From a virus: a stretch of DNA of 64,000 bases. Of the stretch, positions 16,541 through 25,106 are shown piece after piece; the stretch's first letter is position 1, and every line of letters begins with the position of its first letter. The stretch lies in IMG/VR virus record IMGVR_UViG_3300031975_001631; one strand, written 5' to 3'. Both the position numbers and the translations under genes were made by a program. The notes beneath the pieces were generated by a model. That model did not search any database, had not been told where the DNA came from, and saw only the letters and a list, made by a program, of their open reading frames with translations.

Positions 16541-17370
16541 TATCTTAACTCATAATTCATGAGAACTAATTCTTTACGATCTTGCTGTTCCTTCATGTAC
16601 TCACCAACAGAACGCATAGTATAAGTCAAATCAAACTCTGCAGCATTCCAGTCTTTGAAACGGTGCTTAATAAGCTGACTAGAATTGTAACTGACAAGAG
16701 AGTCAAATGAATTGCAATTGCAATCCGAAGCGAACTTGTCATGGTCAAATCCTTTATGCATTGATCCTTTTTTTCCATAGAGATGATCCTTAATTTCGTA
16801 TGGTGGATCTAGATACATGAATATATCTCTCTCAGAACTCTCATCCATAAGATAATCATAGGGATGATTTGTGATAGACCAGTCCTTAATTAGTTCAGAA
16901 AATACTGGAAGTTTATCAATACCTCTGAAACTAAAATTACTATCAGAAGCTTGTTTTGAGAAAGAAGATGATTCAGTAAGACCACTGAAGGAACATTTAT
17001 TTATGATATAAAAACTAACAGCCCGATGAAAGTTATCTTTCCCATCATTGAGATAATCCTTTGATTCAAGAAACAAAGACTTTGCACTAGCATGGTCAAC
17101 ATGACGATGCTTGAGTTGATTCAACTCATTACGCATCTCAATACCAGATGACTGTAGATGTTGCCAGAAGTTTACCAGAGGCTCATAAAGATCACTAACC
17201 CATACTGTAGTGTTAGGATATCTCTTAGTCCATTCAATAGCAACAGATCCACCTCCTAAAAAAGGTTCACGAAACTCATCGTATGATTTATCTGGCAGAT
17301 ATGCAAACAATTTTTGCACTGCTCTAGATTTACCACCAGGGTATCTTAATGGAGTTTTATAGGCTTTCAT
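16540..17370 (-). CDS. dam: DNA adenine methyltransferase (Dam/D12 class)
   Basis: PLRYPGGKS, EPFLGGGSV, YLDPPY. Confidence 0.9.
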   Translation of the reverse strand: MKAYKTPLRYPGGKSRAVQKLFAYLPDKSYDEFREPFLGGGSVAIEWTKRYPNTTVWVSDLYEPLVNFWQHLQSSGIEMRNELNQLKHRHVDHASAKSLFLESKDYLNDGKDNFHRAVSFYIINKCSFSGLTESSSFSKQASDSNFSFRGIDKLPVFSELIKDWSITNHPYDYLMDESSERDIFMYLDPPYEIKDHLYGKKGSMHKGFDHDKFASDCNCNSFDSLVSYNSSQLIKHRFKDWNAAEFDLTYTMRSVGEYMKEQQDRKELVLMNYELR

Positions 17371-18311
17371 TTAAATGTACATTCCACCATAATTTCAGTT
17401 AATGCTGCGAGAAGATTAATCTCCTGATCAGCTACGAACGCAATTTGATATTGATACTTAGCAATAATGAGCACAGCAGCAGCAATGCTAGGACCGTCCA
17501 AGGATGGAACAAGAGCGTCATACACACGACGAAGAAGTACACTAGAATCGTTGTCCAGATTAGAAACGACCCACTTCCTAACCGCCGGAAAATCTTTGTT
17601 CTTAAGTTTTTGAATAAGGTCATTTACTTTTACATCTCCAAATTCAGCAAGGATAGCTGAGTCAATTTTACCACCAACAGAGTATCTTTGACACTCATTT
17701 AATACACGACGCCAATCGGGGAAGTGCTTGTTAATAAGTTCTAGAAGAACCTTTTGATCATAGTCAACATTTTCTGTCTCAAGTATAGTCCTGAGACGGT
17801 TGAAGAATTCTGCTGCAATTGCTGGTTTTTTGCTTCCTGTAATTCCAAACTCAATGACTGCACATCTGGAGTGGAGTGGTTCGATGAGTTTGTTTTTGTA
17901 GTTACAGGTGAAGATGAATCTGCAATTGTTATAAAATGCCTCAATGTTTGCCCGTAAGAGGAGCTGTACATCATGGGTTGTGTTATCAGCTTCGTCAATG
18001 ATGATGACTTTGTGGTTAGCATCTGACGAAAGTGATACGGTCGAAGCAAAGTTCTTTGCTTGATTCCGCACCGTGTCAAGAAATCTTCCTTCATCTGATC
18101 CATTTATAATTATGTAGTCACAATTAAGTTGCTCGCACAGAGCACGAGCTATAGTAGTTTTACCACAACCAGCAGGGCCAGCAAGAAGAAGATTAGGAAT
18201 CTCACCCTGCTTAAGAAACTCACTGAAAGTTTTTTTAGTAGACTCAGGAAGGATACACTCATCAATAGTTTTAGGACGATATTTTTCGACCCAAAGAAAT
18301 TCATTACGCAT
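17367..18311 (-). CDS. gp44: Clamp loader AAA subunit gp44
   Basis: LWVEKYRP, GPAGCGKTT, IIDEAD, PLHSRC. Confidence 0.97.
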   Translation of the reverse strand: MRNEFLWVEKYRPKTIDECILPESTKKTFSEFLKQGEIPNLLLAGPAGCGKTTIARALCEQLNCDYIIINGSDEGRFLDTVRNQAKNFASTVSLSSDANHKVIIIDEADNTTHDVQLLLRANIEAFYNNCRFIFTCNYKNKLIEPLHSRCAVIEFGITGSKKPAIAAEFFNRLRTILETENVDYDQKVLLELINKHFPDWRRVLNECQRYSVGGKIDSAILAEFGDVKVNDLIQKLKNKDFPAVRKWVVSNLDNDSSVLLRRVYDALVPSLDGPSIAAAVLIIAKYQYQIAFVADQEINLLAALTEIMVECTFK

Positions 18312-18453
18312 GTTCTTTTTTCACCAAAGTAAATGAGTTGTCATCATTAGGAATCCATTCTAACAAATCCCCCTCTTTCCATCCAAGCTCTTCAAGAAAC
18401 TTTTCGGGGAATGTTAGAATTCCGTTTTCATCAACGGTCAAAGTAGTTTTCAT
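18304..18453 (-). CDS. Small AbrB/MazE-like protein (49 aa)
   Basis: Hand translation MKTTLTVDENGILTFPEKFLEELGWKEGDLLEW...; below the ORF-track size cutoff. Confidence 0.7.
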   Translation of the reverse strand: MKTTLTVDENGILTFPEKFLEELGWKEGDLLEWIPNDDNSFTLVKKEHA

Positions 18454-18965
18454 TACACCCACTCAGGTTTGCGGTTGGGGAGACGAATATAATTATCGCA
18501 CACCCAGGGTTTAGATGCAATATACATCTTGTATGCTTCGATGGTAGTGATACTATCATCAAACTTAAACTCTTCAGGCATTGCGCGAACGAAAGGAGTG
18601 TGACCAGCCCATTTCACACAAGGAATAATCTCATCAGCAGCAAGGAGAGTCTTAAAGCAGCTATGGTTTTTTCCATACCGATTGAAATACTCTTCACATA
18701 ATGCAATACCGTGAGTAAGCAACCATCTAGAATTTTCTACAGTCTCATTAGCCCAGATAGTACATGGGTGATTACGGAACGCTCCCTTGTCCGTAGCATA
18801 GGGTGTGCCATCTTTCTTAGGCAATGTACCATAACCATGTCCCCACTTGTCTGAGGCGACTATAGCGAGCATCTGACAGGTCTCTAAGGGCATCTTGACA
18901 ATGTGCTTGTCGGGTAGAACCTCAGCAGACTTGTGAGGAGATTCATCCGTAACAAAGATATTCAT
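18453..18965 (-). CDS. Pyrimidine-dimer DNA glycosylase-like protein
   Basis: MNIFVTD...LPDKHIVKMPLETCQML...HPCTIW...PFVRAMP. Confidence 0.7.
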   Translation of the reverse strand: MNIFVTDESPHKSAEVLPDKHIVKMPLETCQMLAIVASDKWGHGYGTLPKKDGTPYATDKGAFRNHPCTIWANETVENSRWLLTHGIALCEEYFNRYGKNHSCFKTLLAADEIIPCVKWAGHTPFVRAMPEEFKFDDSITTIEAYKMYIASKPWVCDNYIRLPNRKPEWV

Positions 18966-19510
18966 ACCAAATTAAACGAGATAATGACCCTTTCTTCTAT
19001 ACTATCATGTGGAGGAGCCATGTGCATCAGGTTAGAAGGGAAGATTATTAAATCACCTTCTTTACATGCAACGGAATTGCATGCATGAGTTCCAGTCTCA
19101 TCATTGAAAGGAGAAAAGAAAAGAGTGCCTGAGTGTTCCTCTGACATTTTAGCATAAAAAACACAAGAGTATCCTAGAGCCCCATGATCATGGGGGACAT
19201 GATAATCTCTTGCGTTATACCTCTGACACCACATATTAGAGATGCCAGTAAATTTATAAAGTGATGTCTTACAGAATTCTTGTAGGTATGGTTCTAATAT
19301 TTTAAAAATATTTTCCTTATACTTAGCATCGTTCTTTTCAAAATAATCTGTAAATCCAATATGCTTTTCTGCATCATTTGAAGAAGGGATGGAAAGGAGA
19401 ATGCTCTCCTTAACCTGTTCCCACTCTCTAATAAAATATTGAATTACAGAGATATTAAACAGATCAACCTTCGTAGGCTGAATCTGGTTCCAGTGCGATG
19501 AAGTAATCAA
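18962..19510 (-). CDS. 2OG-Fe(II) oxygenase (TIGR02466-like), start uncertain
   Basis: HDH...YSCVFY...EGDLIIFPSNLMH...RVIISFNL; 19510 is a TTG inside gp45. Confidence 0.75.
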   Translation of the reverse strand: MITSSHWNQIQPTKVDLFNISVIQYFIREWEQVKESILLSIPSSNDAEKHIGFTDYFEKNDAKYKENIFKILEPYLQEFCKTSLYKFTGISNMWCQRYNARDYHVPHDHGALGYSCVFYAKMSEEHSGTLFFSPFNDETGTHACNSVACKEGDLIIFPSNLMHMAPPHDSIEERVIISFNLV

Positions 19511-20135
19511 GGTTGTAACTAGAATTTGTGAACTTAGAAAGAAGTTTCTTTGAGATCACAACATCATAAGATCCAGGGATCAGTTTGATGTTCTCAATCT
19601 TAAAGTTAAACTCAAAAGTTTTGTCAGTCTTGCCTACAATTAGAGCAAACTCATTAGAGTTATCATTCTTCTTGTCACGAACTGTCAGGGTAATACTTTC
19701 ACCATCACCAACAGCAGCTAAGTCAGGTAGTTGATAAACAGAAGATGCTTTCAGAAGCTTAGCAAGTTGTGACGATTCCAATTGAAAACGAACATCAATA
19801 CTAGGAAGAGAGATTTCTTTATCAGGAGGAGTGATAATGACATCAGGATCGGCAAAAGCAAACTTAACCTTAGTGCTCTTACCTTCACGGATGATCATGT
19901 AAGAATCGTGCTTGAGATCAATGTCAGGATCATTCATAAGACCCACACCGTTCAAAAACTGAGGTAGATCATAGATACCAAAGTCCTTTTCAAAGTTTTC
20001 GTCAACTTCTGCTTCTGCGAGAATGTTCTTCATTACAGAAATAGTACGGAGCTTAGATCCCTTCTTTACCAAAATAGACTGGTTGATAGAAGAAAAGTTC
20101 TCAAGCAAATCAATAGTTTTATCAGAAAGTTTCAT
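19464..20135 (-). CDS. gp45: Sliding clamp gp45
   Basis: MKLSDKT...NFSSINQSILVK...FGIYDLPQFL...FIALEPDS. Confidence 0.96.
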   Translation of the reverse strand: MKLSDKTIDLLENFSSINQSILVKKGSKLRTISVMKNILAEAEVDENFEKDFGIYDLPQFLNGVGLMNDPDIDLKHDSYMIIREGKSTKVKFAFADPDVIITPPDKEISLPSIDVRFQLESSQLAKLLKASSVYQLPDLAAVGDGESITLTVRDKKNDNSNEFALIVGKTDKTFEFNFKIENIKLIPGSYDVVISKKLLSKFTNSSYNLDYFIALEPDSAYEG

Positions 20136-20616
20136 ATCCACGCTCGATAGTCTCCTGGTCTAAGCCATAAAAGTGATAGAGAAGAACAGCATAATGGATG
20201 ATCTTCTTGATGTCCATTCTAGCAGATCCCTTCTTGTTGTAACGGGATGCATACTTAAGAATGTTGCCACGACAGAACGCAGCACCGTCTCCACAGGATT
20301 CAATCAGATCAAGTGTCTGAATGCCGTTGGAAGCATTGTAGTGAGCACGATATGTGCCACTGATGTATTCTTTTACCTCTTCAAGAATTTTGTCTTCGTC
20401 ATACTTATAAACACTCTTATACTGTTTAGGATCAACCTTCTTATATTGTTTAGGTTTTTCAACCTCATCGTTTTGCTTAGGCCAAGTAAACCCATCTGCA
20501 GTCAGTTCATAATTACTGTTTTCTGGGGTATATTCAAACCCACCATTTTGTTTTACCCATTCAAGCTCATCATCTGGACCGTACATTTCATCATATAGGA
20601 AAGACCATGAAGTCAT
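20122..20616 (-). CDS. DUF3310-like protein
   Basis: FCRGNILKYASRYNKKGSARMDIKKIIHYAVLL. Confidence 0.7.
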   Translation of the reverse strand: MTSWSFLYDEMYGPDDELEWVKQNGGFEYTPENSNYELTADGFTWPKQNDEVEKPKQYKKVDPKQYKSVYKYDEDKILEEVKEYISGTYRAHYNASNGIQTLDLIESCGDGAAFCRGNILKYASRYNKKGSARMDIKKIIHYAVLLYHFYGLDQETIERGYETF

Positions 20617-20628
20617 TGTAGCACCTTC

Positions 20629-21201
20629 TTAGTTAAATTGCAAGTTGAATACATTAAAACTCATTGAGATTCTAGTTACATCACTGGAAAAAGGATAGAC
20701 AGTATGAGGCATATTTGCAGGAAAAATATACATGTCTCCAGTTTTTGGAATTACTTTAGCATGCCCATTATTCATAAACGATTTTGCATGAACAAACTCA
20801 AGAGCTCCAGCGGAAAAACAATTAGTTCTACCTTCCCATTCAGTTTTTTCTTTTTCAATTTCTTCTGGTACATCAATAAAAATAACTGCACTCAACATAC
20901 CATCATGAGTATGCAATGGATTAAATTCATGCCTTTTCATGTAGTTAATCCAAGGCCCAGTACCAAGATTAAATGATACTGATTCAACATTCAGGTATTC
21001 TATAACATGGAGATAGATCTCATCTGTAAATTTTTTTGGATCAACTACTGCATGTTTTTGAGAGTCAATGTTTCCAGCAAGATCATAACCAACACTTTCA
21101 CCATCTTCACATTGACGAGCAACCTCTTGAAGATAAAGAAGAAACTCGTCAGAAATTTGATTGTGGTATATGGGAGAAGCAAATAGATTAAGAATCGGCA
21201 T
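20629..21201 (-). CDS. 2OG-Fe(II) oxygenase
   Basis: NPLHTHDGMLSAVIF...GDMYIFPANMPHTVYPF...RISMSFN. Confidence 0.8.
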   Translation of the reverse strand: MPILNLFASPIYHNQISDEFLLYLQEVARQCEDGESVGYDLAGNIDSQKHAVVDPKKFTDEIYLHVIEYLNVESVSFNLGTGPWINYMKRHEFNPLHTHDGMLSAVIFIDVPEEIEKEKTEWEGRTNCFSAGALEFVHAKSFMNNGHAKVIPKTGDMYIFPANMPHTVYPFSSDVTRISMSFNVFNLQFN

Positions 21202-22276
21202 ATGTCTTTTCCTCAGTAGCGGTCAAATCAAAGTCAGCATCAACTTTGTCATAGAGTTCTAGGAATGCTTGTTTTGTCTCATCATCAAAACGATTCACAC
21301 AAACTTCAATAGCTTTCTGCTTATCATTCCAGATAGAATAAGCACGGGCAATATGAACCAAACGGCGGGTAGAAATAACCTCCTCAATACCCCCATCATA
21401 GAAGGTCTTACGGATAATGTCCGCCCAGTCACAGAGACGCTTACAGAAGTCATTATCACTACAGAGTGCTGTAAGAATCTTCTGCTCTACCGTGGAGGGA
21501 GGATAAGACTGCTCAAAGGTTACAGGGAACCTTTCAAGAAATGCTTCATTCAATACATTAGTACCAATAAAACGACCATCTTCAGATCCCTTACCTTTAG
21601 TGTTGGCAGTAGCTATTACATTGAATCCGTTTACAGGTTGAACATACTTACCAATCTTCTTCAAGAAGACACCCTTACCTTCTAGGATTGATTGAAGACA
21701 CAAGATTTTGTTAGATGCAAGGTCAACTTCATCTAGAAGCAACACAGCTCCCCGTGAAAGAGCCTCCACGACAGGTCCATTATGCCAGACAGTTTCGCCA
21801 TTAACAAGACGAAACCCACCAATAAGATCATCTTCGTCAGTCTCAATTGTGATGTTAACACGAATGAGTTCTCTATTTAGAGAAGCACATGCTTGTTCAA
21901 CAGAGAGTGTCTTACCATTGCCAGAGAGTCCTGTGATAAAGCAAGGATAGAATTCACCTGATTTGATAATTTTCTTCACATCAGAAAAGTTACCAAAGGG
22001 AATATATTGAGGATCTTTGGGGGGAATAAGATTTTGAGTTTCCAAAGAAGGAGGAGCTGATGGTGCAGTGTAAGTTTCTTCAAGTTTTTCTTGAATAGTC
22101 AAGTTCCATTTTCCACGACCAGACTTATATGGTTCCATACGGTTACAGATAGTAGCATAAGAATAACCCATGTGATCAGCAGATGCCTTGATGGCATCAG
22201 TTCCAACTTCAGTACCATAGTTGTTCTCGATGTAGGAGAACAGTTGGATCATATCGACTTGAGAAGGACGAGTCAT
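21188..22276 (-). CDS. cobS: MoxR-type AAA+ ATPase (cyanophage 'CobS')
   Basis: GLSGNGKT, LLLDEVD, ATANTKG, NEAFLERF, ISTRRL. Confidence 0.9.
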   Translation of the reverse strand: MTRPSQVDMIQLFSYIENNYGTEVGTDAIKASADHMGYSYATICNRMEPYKSGRGKWNLTIQEKLEETYTAPSAPPSLETQNLIPPKDPQYIPFGNFSDVKKIIKSGEFYPCFITGLSGNGKTLSVEQACASLNRELIRVNITIETDEDDLIGGFRLVNGETVWHNGPVVEALSRGAVLLLDEVDLASNKILCLQSILEGKGVFLKKIGKYVQPVNGFNVIATANTKGKGSEDGRFIGTNVLNEAFLERFPVTFEQSYPPSTVEQKILTALCSDNDFCKRLCDWADIIRKTFYDGGIEEVISTRRLVHIARAYSIWNDKQKAIEVCVNRFDDETKQAFLELYDKVDADFDLTATEEKTYADS

Positions 22277-22299
22277 TTGCTTTGTTTGTTGATGTAGTT

Positions 22300-22356
22300 A
22301 TTATAGGGCAGAGTGGGGCAGAGTCAGGGGCAGAGTAGACAGTCTGGCAACTGGAT
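22300..22356 (-). promoter_or_regulatory. Early-type promoter: ACTGTCTACT, 28 nt, TATAAT; contains three ACTCTGCCC repeats
   Basis: TATAAT 22300-22305; motif 22334-22343; same layout as 24515-24558. Confidence 0.7.
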
Positions 22357-22371
22357 CTCTCGTAGTGTAAA

Positions 22372-24492
22372 TCATGCTACCAAAGAAATAAATTCATTTA
22401 AAATCCTCTTGTTCATTTTTTTACTAGACAATGATTTTTTAAAAGCATTTTTGATGGTTGCCTTTGATGCTCCAGCGTTAACAGCAAACTCAGTACTATT
22501 AGAAAGAGATGAATTGCCCACAACAAAATAAGAATCATATCCAGCATTTTTAATAGTAAAGGTTTTTTCTTTCTTCCAACTACGCATCGCTTTATCTTGA
22601 TCTTCCCATCTATCGATATACTGACGAATCATTGCCGAGTAAGACCCACCATGTTCTAAAATACGAAATCCAATAAAGTTTGTATTGGGGAAAGTTTCTT
22701 TTAAGTCAGTCAACATACACTTAGTAAACTGAGAGTAGATCCAAGAGAGAGGACGAACCGTTCCAGTTTTGAGATTTCTAAGAATAGTATTGTCACCAAT
22801 CCTACGATTACGAACACTATAATCACATTCCCAACTGCGCTTCATCATGACAGTCCGAGAGGGAACTTGTGCCTCACCGTCAGTAAGAATAACACAATTT
22901 ATTTTTTCTACTCTGTTCCTTTTTTTAAAATCAGGAATAATATAATGAAGAGTTATGATAGCTTCATTTAAAGGAGTACCTGATAAGTATAAACGAGCAG
23001 GACAAAGCCCAGAGTGATCTGTAAAGGAGCTAGCAAGTCTCCAAACATTCAACATTTGACGATTAGCAGTGGCATTATTTACACTACTAGTCAAAAGATT
23101 GAGCATGGAAAACTCATCACTAACAGATATCGTACCTTCTTTCTTTTCAATACTAGAAAAACGACACGCTTTATAATTCCACTCAGAAGTAAATGCATAT
23201 ACATCATAAGGAATACCTACCTTACGACAGAACCAGATCAAATTATAGAGTTGTTTAATAGTTGGGATGAGAGAATTTGCCATAGATCCAGACCAATCCA
23301 AAACAAAAATCAATCCATGGTTCTTACCGTCTGGAGTAGTAGTAACTTTTTTAAAAAGATCTTCATTGTATTTGTAGGTATGCAGTTTAGTGCAATCCAG
23401 AACTCCAGTACGACTAGTTGTTGCACGAGCATAAGAATCTGCAGACTTCTTACATTCAAATTCTTTAATCAAATAATTAACTTCTTTGTTTGAATCTTTC
23501 TTAAATTTATTAAATTCATTATCTTGACGATCTAGAATATCAGTATAGTATGAGTGGTATTCTTTACGCTCCTCAAACCACTTTTGCCATTCTCCCTCAG
23601 CATATTCATGAATTTCCTTAGAAGAAATAACAGTATGCTTCAAATCAATCTTAGGAATTGTCACATAATTATTTTCATGAACTTCCATGTCAGCAAGATT
23701 CTTTAGACGATTCTCAAATGCCTCAACAGTTTTAGGCTCTTGTTCATCAACGGTCTCAAAATCTTCACTTTCAGTTTCAGTTTCAGTTTCAGTTTCATCG
23801 GACTGTTCACTATCTTGCTCAGTATTTTCATTCTCTTCTTCCCTACTCTCTGCTTCTTCCAGCATCTCTTCATGCGTCATACCTTCTTGCTCAACTTCAC
23901 TAGTAGTATTTCCCACTTGTGGTTGGATTTCTGGGGTGGAAGGTTCGTCATTCACAAAATTATTTAAAAGCTTTGCTGCCATCAAAGCGTCATCAAAAGT
24001 CTCAGCGTTTTCAACGGCATCAACAACTACCATCTCTTTCTCGGAGAATTCGATATTGACATGAGTGCCAAGTTTAAAATGCAAATTTATCCTATCAGCA
24101 AAAGAAAACCTATCTAAATCCTGACCTTCAATATCGAAGAAGTCACTATCGTTAAGGTCAGAATATCCACGATAAAATGTCTTACAAAGCCCAGCATACC
24201 TACGCTTCATCAACTTTTCAATGCGAGCATCCTCAGTAATGTTTACAAAAGTTTGAGGTACATCACTCCATTCCAATTCTACAGACCAATTCCTAGGATC
24301 TGTGAATAGAGCATGACCAACCTCATGAGATACCAAGAGATCATATACATCAGTTGAAGATATCTTCCAATTAGGTAGAGTTAGTACACGACGAACTACA
24401 TCAAACTGAGCAGTCTCAACAGCGCGATGCTCAACAATTAGGTTCTCAGTAGCGAGCAATCGTGCCAGTTTGCCTTTGATCTCGTGAAACAT
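22372..24492 (-). CDS. HEXXH metallopeptidase-like plus vWA domain protein ('CobT-like' partner)
   Basis: HEVGHALFT...NITEDARIE; FVLDWSGSM (MIDAS), GTPL, LTDGE; likely start MFHEIKG after GAGAGG. Confidence 0.85.
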   Translation of the reverse strand: MFHEIKGKLARLLATENLIVEHRAVETAQFDVVRRVLTLPNWKISSTDVYDLLVSHEVGHALFTDPRNWSVELEWSDVPQTFVNITEDARIEKLMKRRYAGLCKTFYRGYSDLNDSDFFDIEGQDLDRFSFADRINLHFKLGTHVNIEFSEKEMVVVDAVENAETFDDALMAAKLLNNFVNDEPSTPEIQPQVGNTTSEVEQEGMTHEEMLEEAESREEENENTEQDSEQSDETETETETESEDFETVDEQEPKTVEAFENRLKNLADMEVHENNYVTIPKIDLKHTVISSKEIHEYAEGEWQKWFEERKEYHSYYTDILDRQDNEFNKFKKDSNKEVNYLIKEFECKKSADSYARATTSRTGVLDCTKLHTYKYNEDLFKKVTTTPDGKNHGLIFVLDWSGSMANSLIPTIKQLYNLIWFCRKVGIPYDVYAFTSEWNYKACRFSSIEKKEGTISVSDEFSMLNLLTSSVNNATANRQMLNVWRLASSFTDHSGLCPARLYLSGTPLNEAIITLHYIIPDFKKRNRVEKINCVILTDGEAQVPSRTVMMKRSWECDYSVRNRRIGDNTILRNLKTGTVRPLSWIYSQFTKCMLTDLKETFPNTNFIGFRILEHGGSYSAMIRQYIDRWEDQDKAMRSWKKEKTFTIKNAGYDSYFVVGNSSLSNSTEFAVNAGASKATIKNAFKKSLSSKKMNKRILNEFISLVA
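23769..23797. repeat. In-frame hexamer microsatellite (TTTCAG)x4.8 encoding ETETETETE
   Basis: Read directly from the sequence. Confidence 0.9.
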
Positions 24493-24514
24493 GCGACCTC
24501 TCTCGTATGCATCC

Positions 24515-24558
24515 ATTATAAAACCCCTGGTGGGAGCCAGAGGTCTTTAGTGGACAGT
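24515..24558 (-). promoter_or_regulatory. Early-type promoter: ACTGTCCACT, 28 nt, TATAAT, with a hairpin in the spacer
   Basis: CCTCTGG/CCAGGGG stem and TTTT directly before TATAAT. Confidence 0.7.
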
Positions 24559-24569
24559 TTGTAATGCGT

Positions 24570-25103
24570 CTACCTACCCATCATACAAGCAACACTAACT
24601 CTCCAGAAAGGAGTATCTACTTTGATAGGAAGAGCGTCATGAAGTTCGTTTGATCTAAAGACAACAAAATCTCCAGGCTCAAAAGTATAAGTACGATCCT
24701 CTATTTGCAGTTCACCTCCCCATGAAGGGTCCCATTGAGGAGTAAGAAATCCAACAACGCTCCAAATATATTTACCTTCAGAATCACCATCTGTATGGAA
24801 TACAGAAATATTTCCTTTTCTTTGTGCGTTAAATCCAATCGCACCTAGTCCACCAACTGGTAAAGTAAACCCATACTCTTCTTGTACTCTATCACGAAGA
24901 ACACTCATCAAACAAATAAAGTACCCAGATAAGAACGGGCTATGCATACCATTAATATCCATAGCCACTGTTCTTGGATAATGCGTAAGTGGATCATCTA
25001 CACCACCATACGCACCACCAATTTTCCAACTCGAAGATTCCATCAAGTGCCCATATATTTGTTCAACATCAGCTTTGGATAAAAGGTTTTTTACAATGTA
25101 CAT
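24570..25103 (-). CDS. 2OG-Fe(II) oxygenase (prolyl-hydroxylase-like)
   Basis: FHTDGD...WGGELQI...PGDFVVFRSNELH...RVSVA. Confidence 0.8.
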   Translation of the reverse strand: MYIVKNLLSKADVEQIYGHLMESSSWKIGGAYGGVDDPLTHYPRTVAMDINGMHSPFLSGYFICLMSVLRDRVQEEYGFTLPVGGLGAIGFNAQRKGNISVFHTDGDSEGKYIWSVVGFLTPQWDPSWGGELQIEDRTYTFEPGDFVVFRSNELHDALPIKVDTPFWRVSVACMMGR

Positions 25104-25106
25104 AAT

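Noticed and set aside
21188-24516. Cobalamin synthesis (cobS/cobT)
   Set aside because: No cobN or other cob genes; HEXXH plus vWA architecture fits a MoxR-vWA pair.
22372-24516. ORF-track start at 24516
   Set aside because: That ATG overlaps the -10 box and would lie upstream of the TSS; 24492 has an SD-like sequence.
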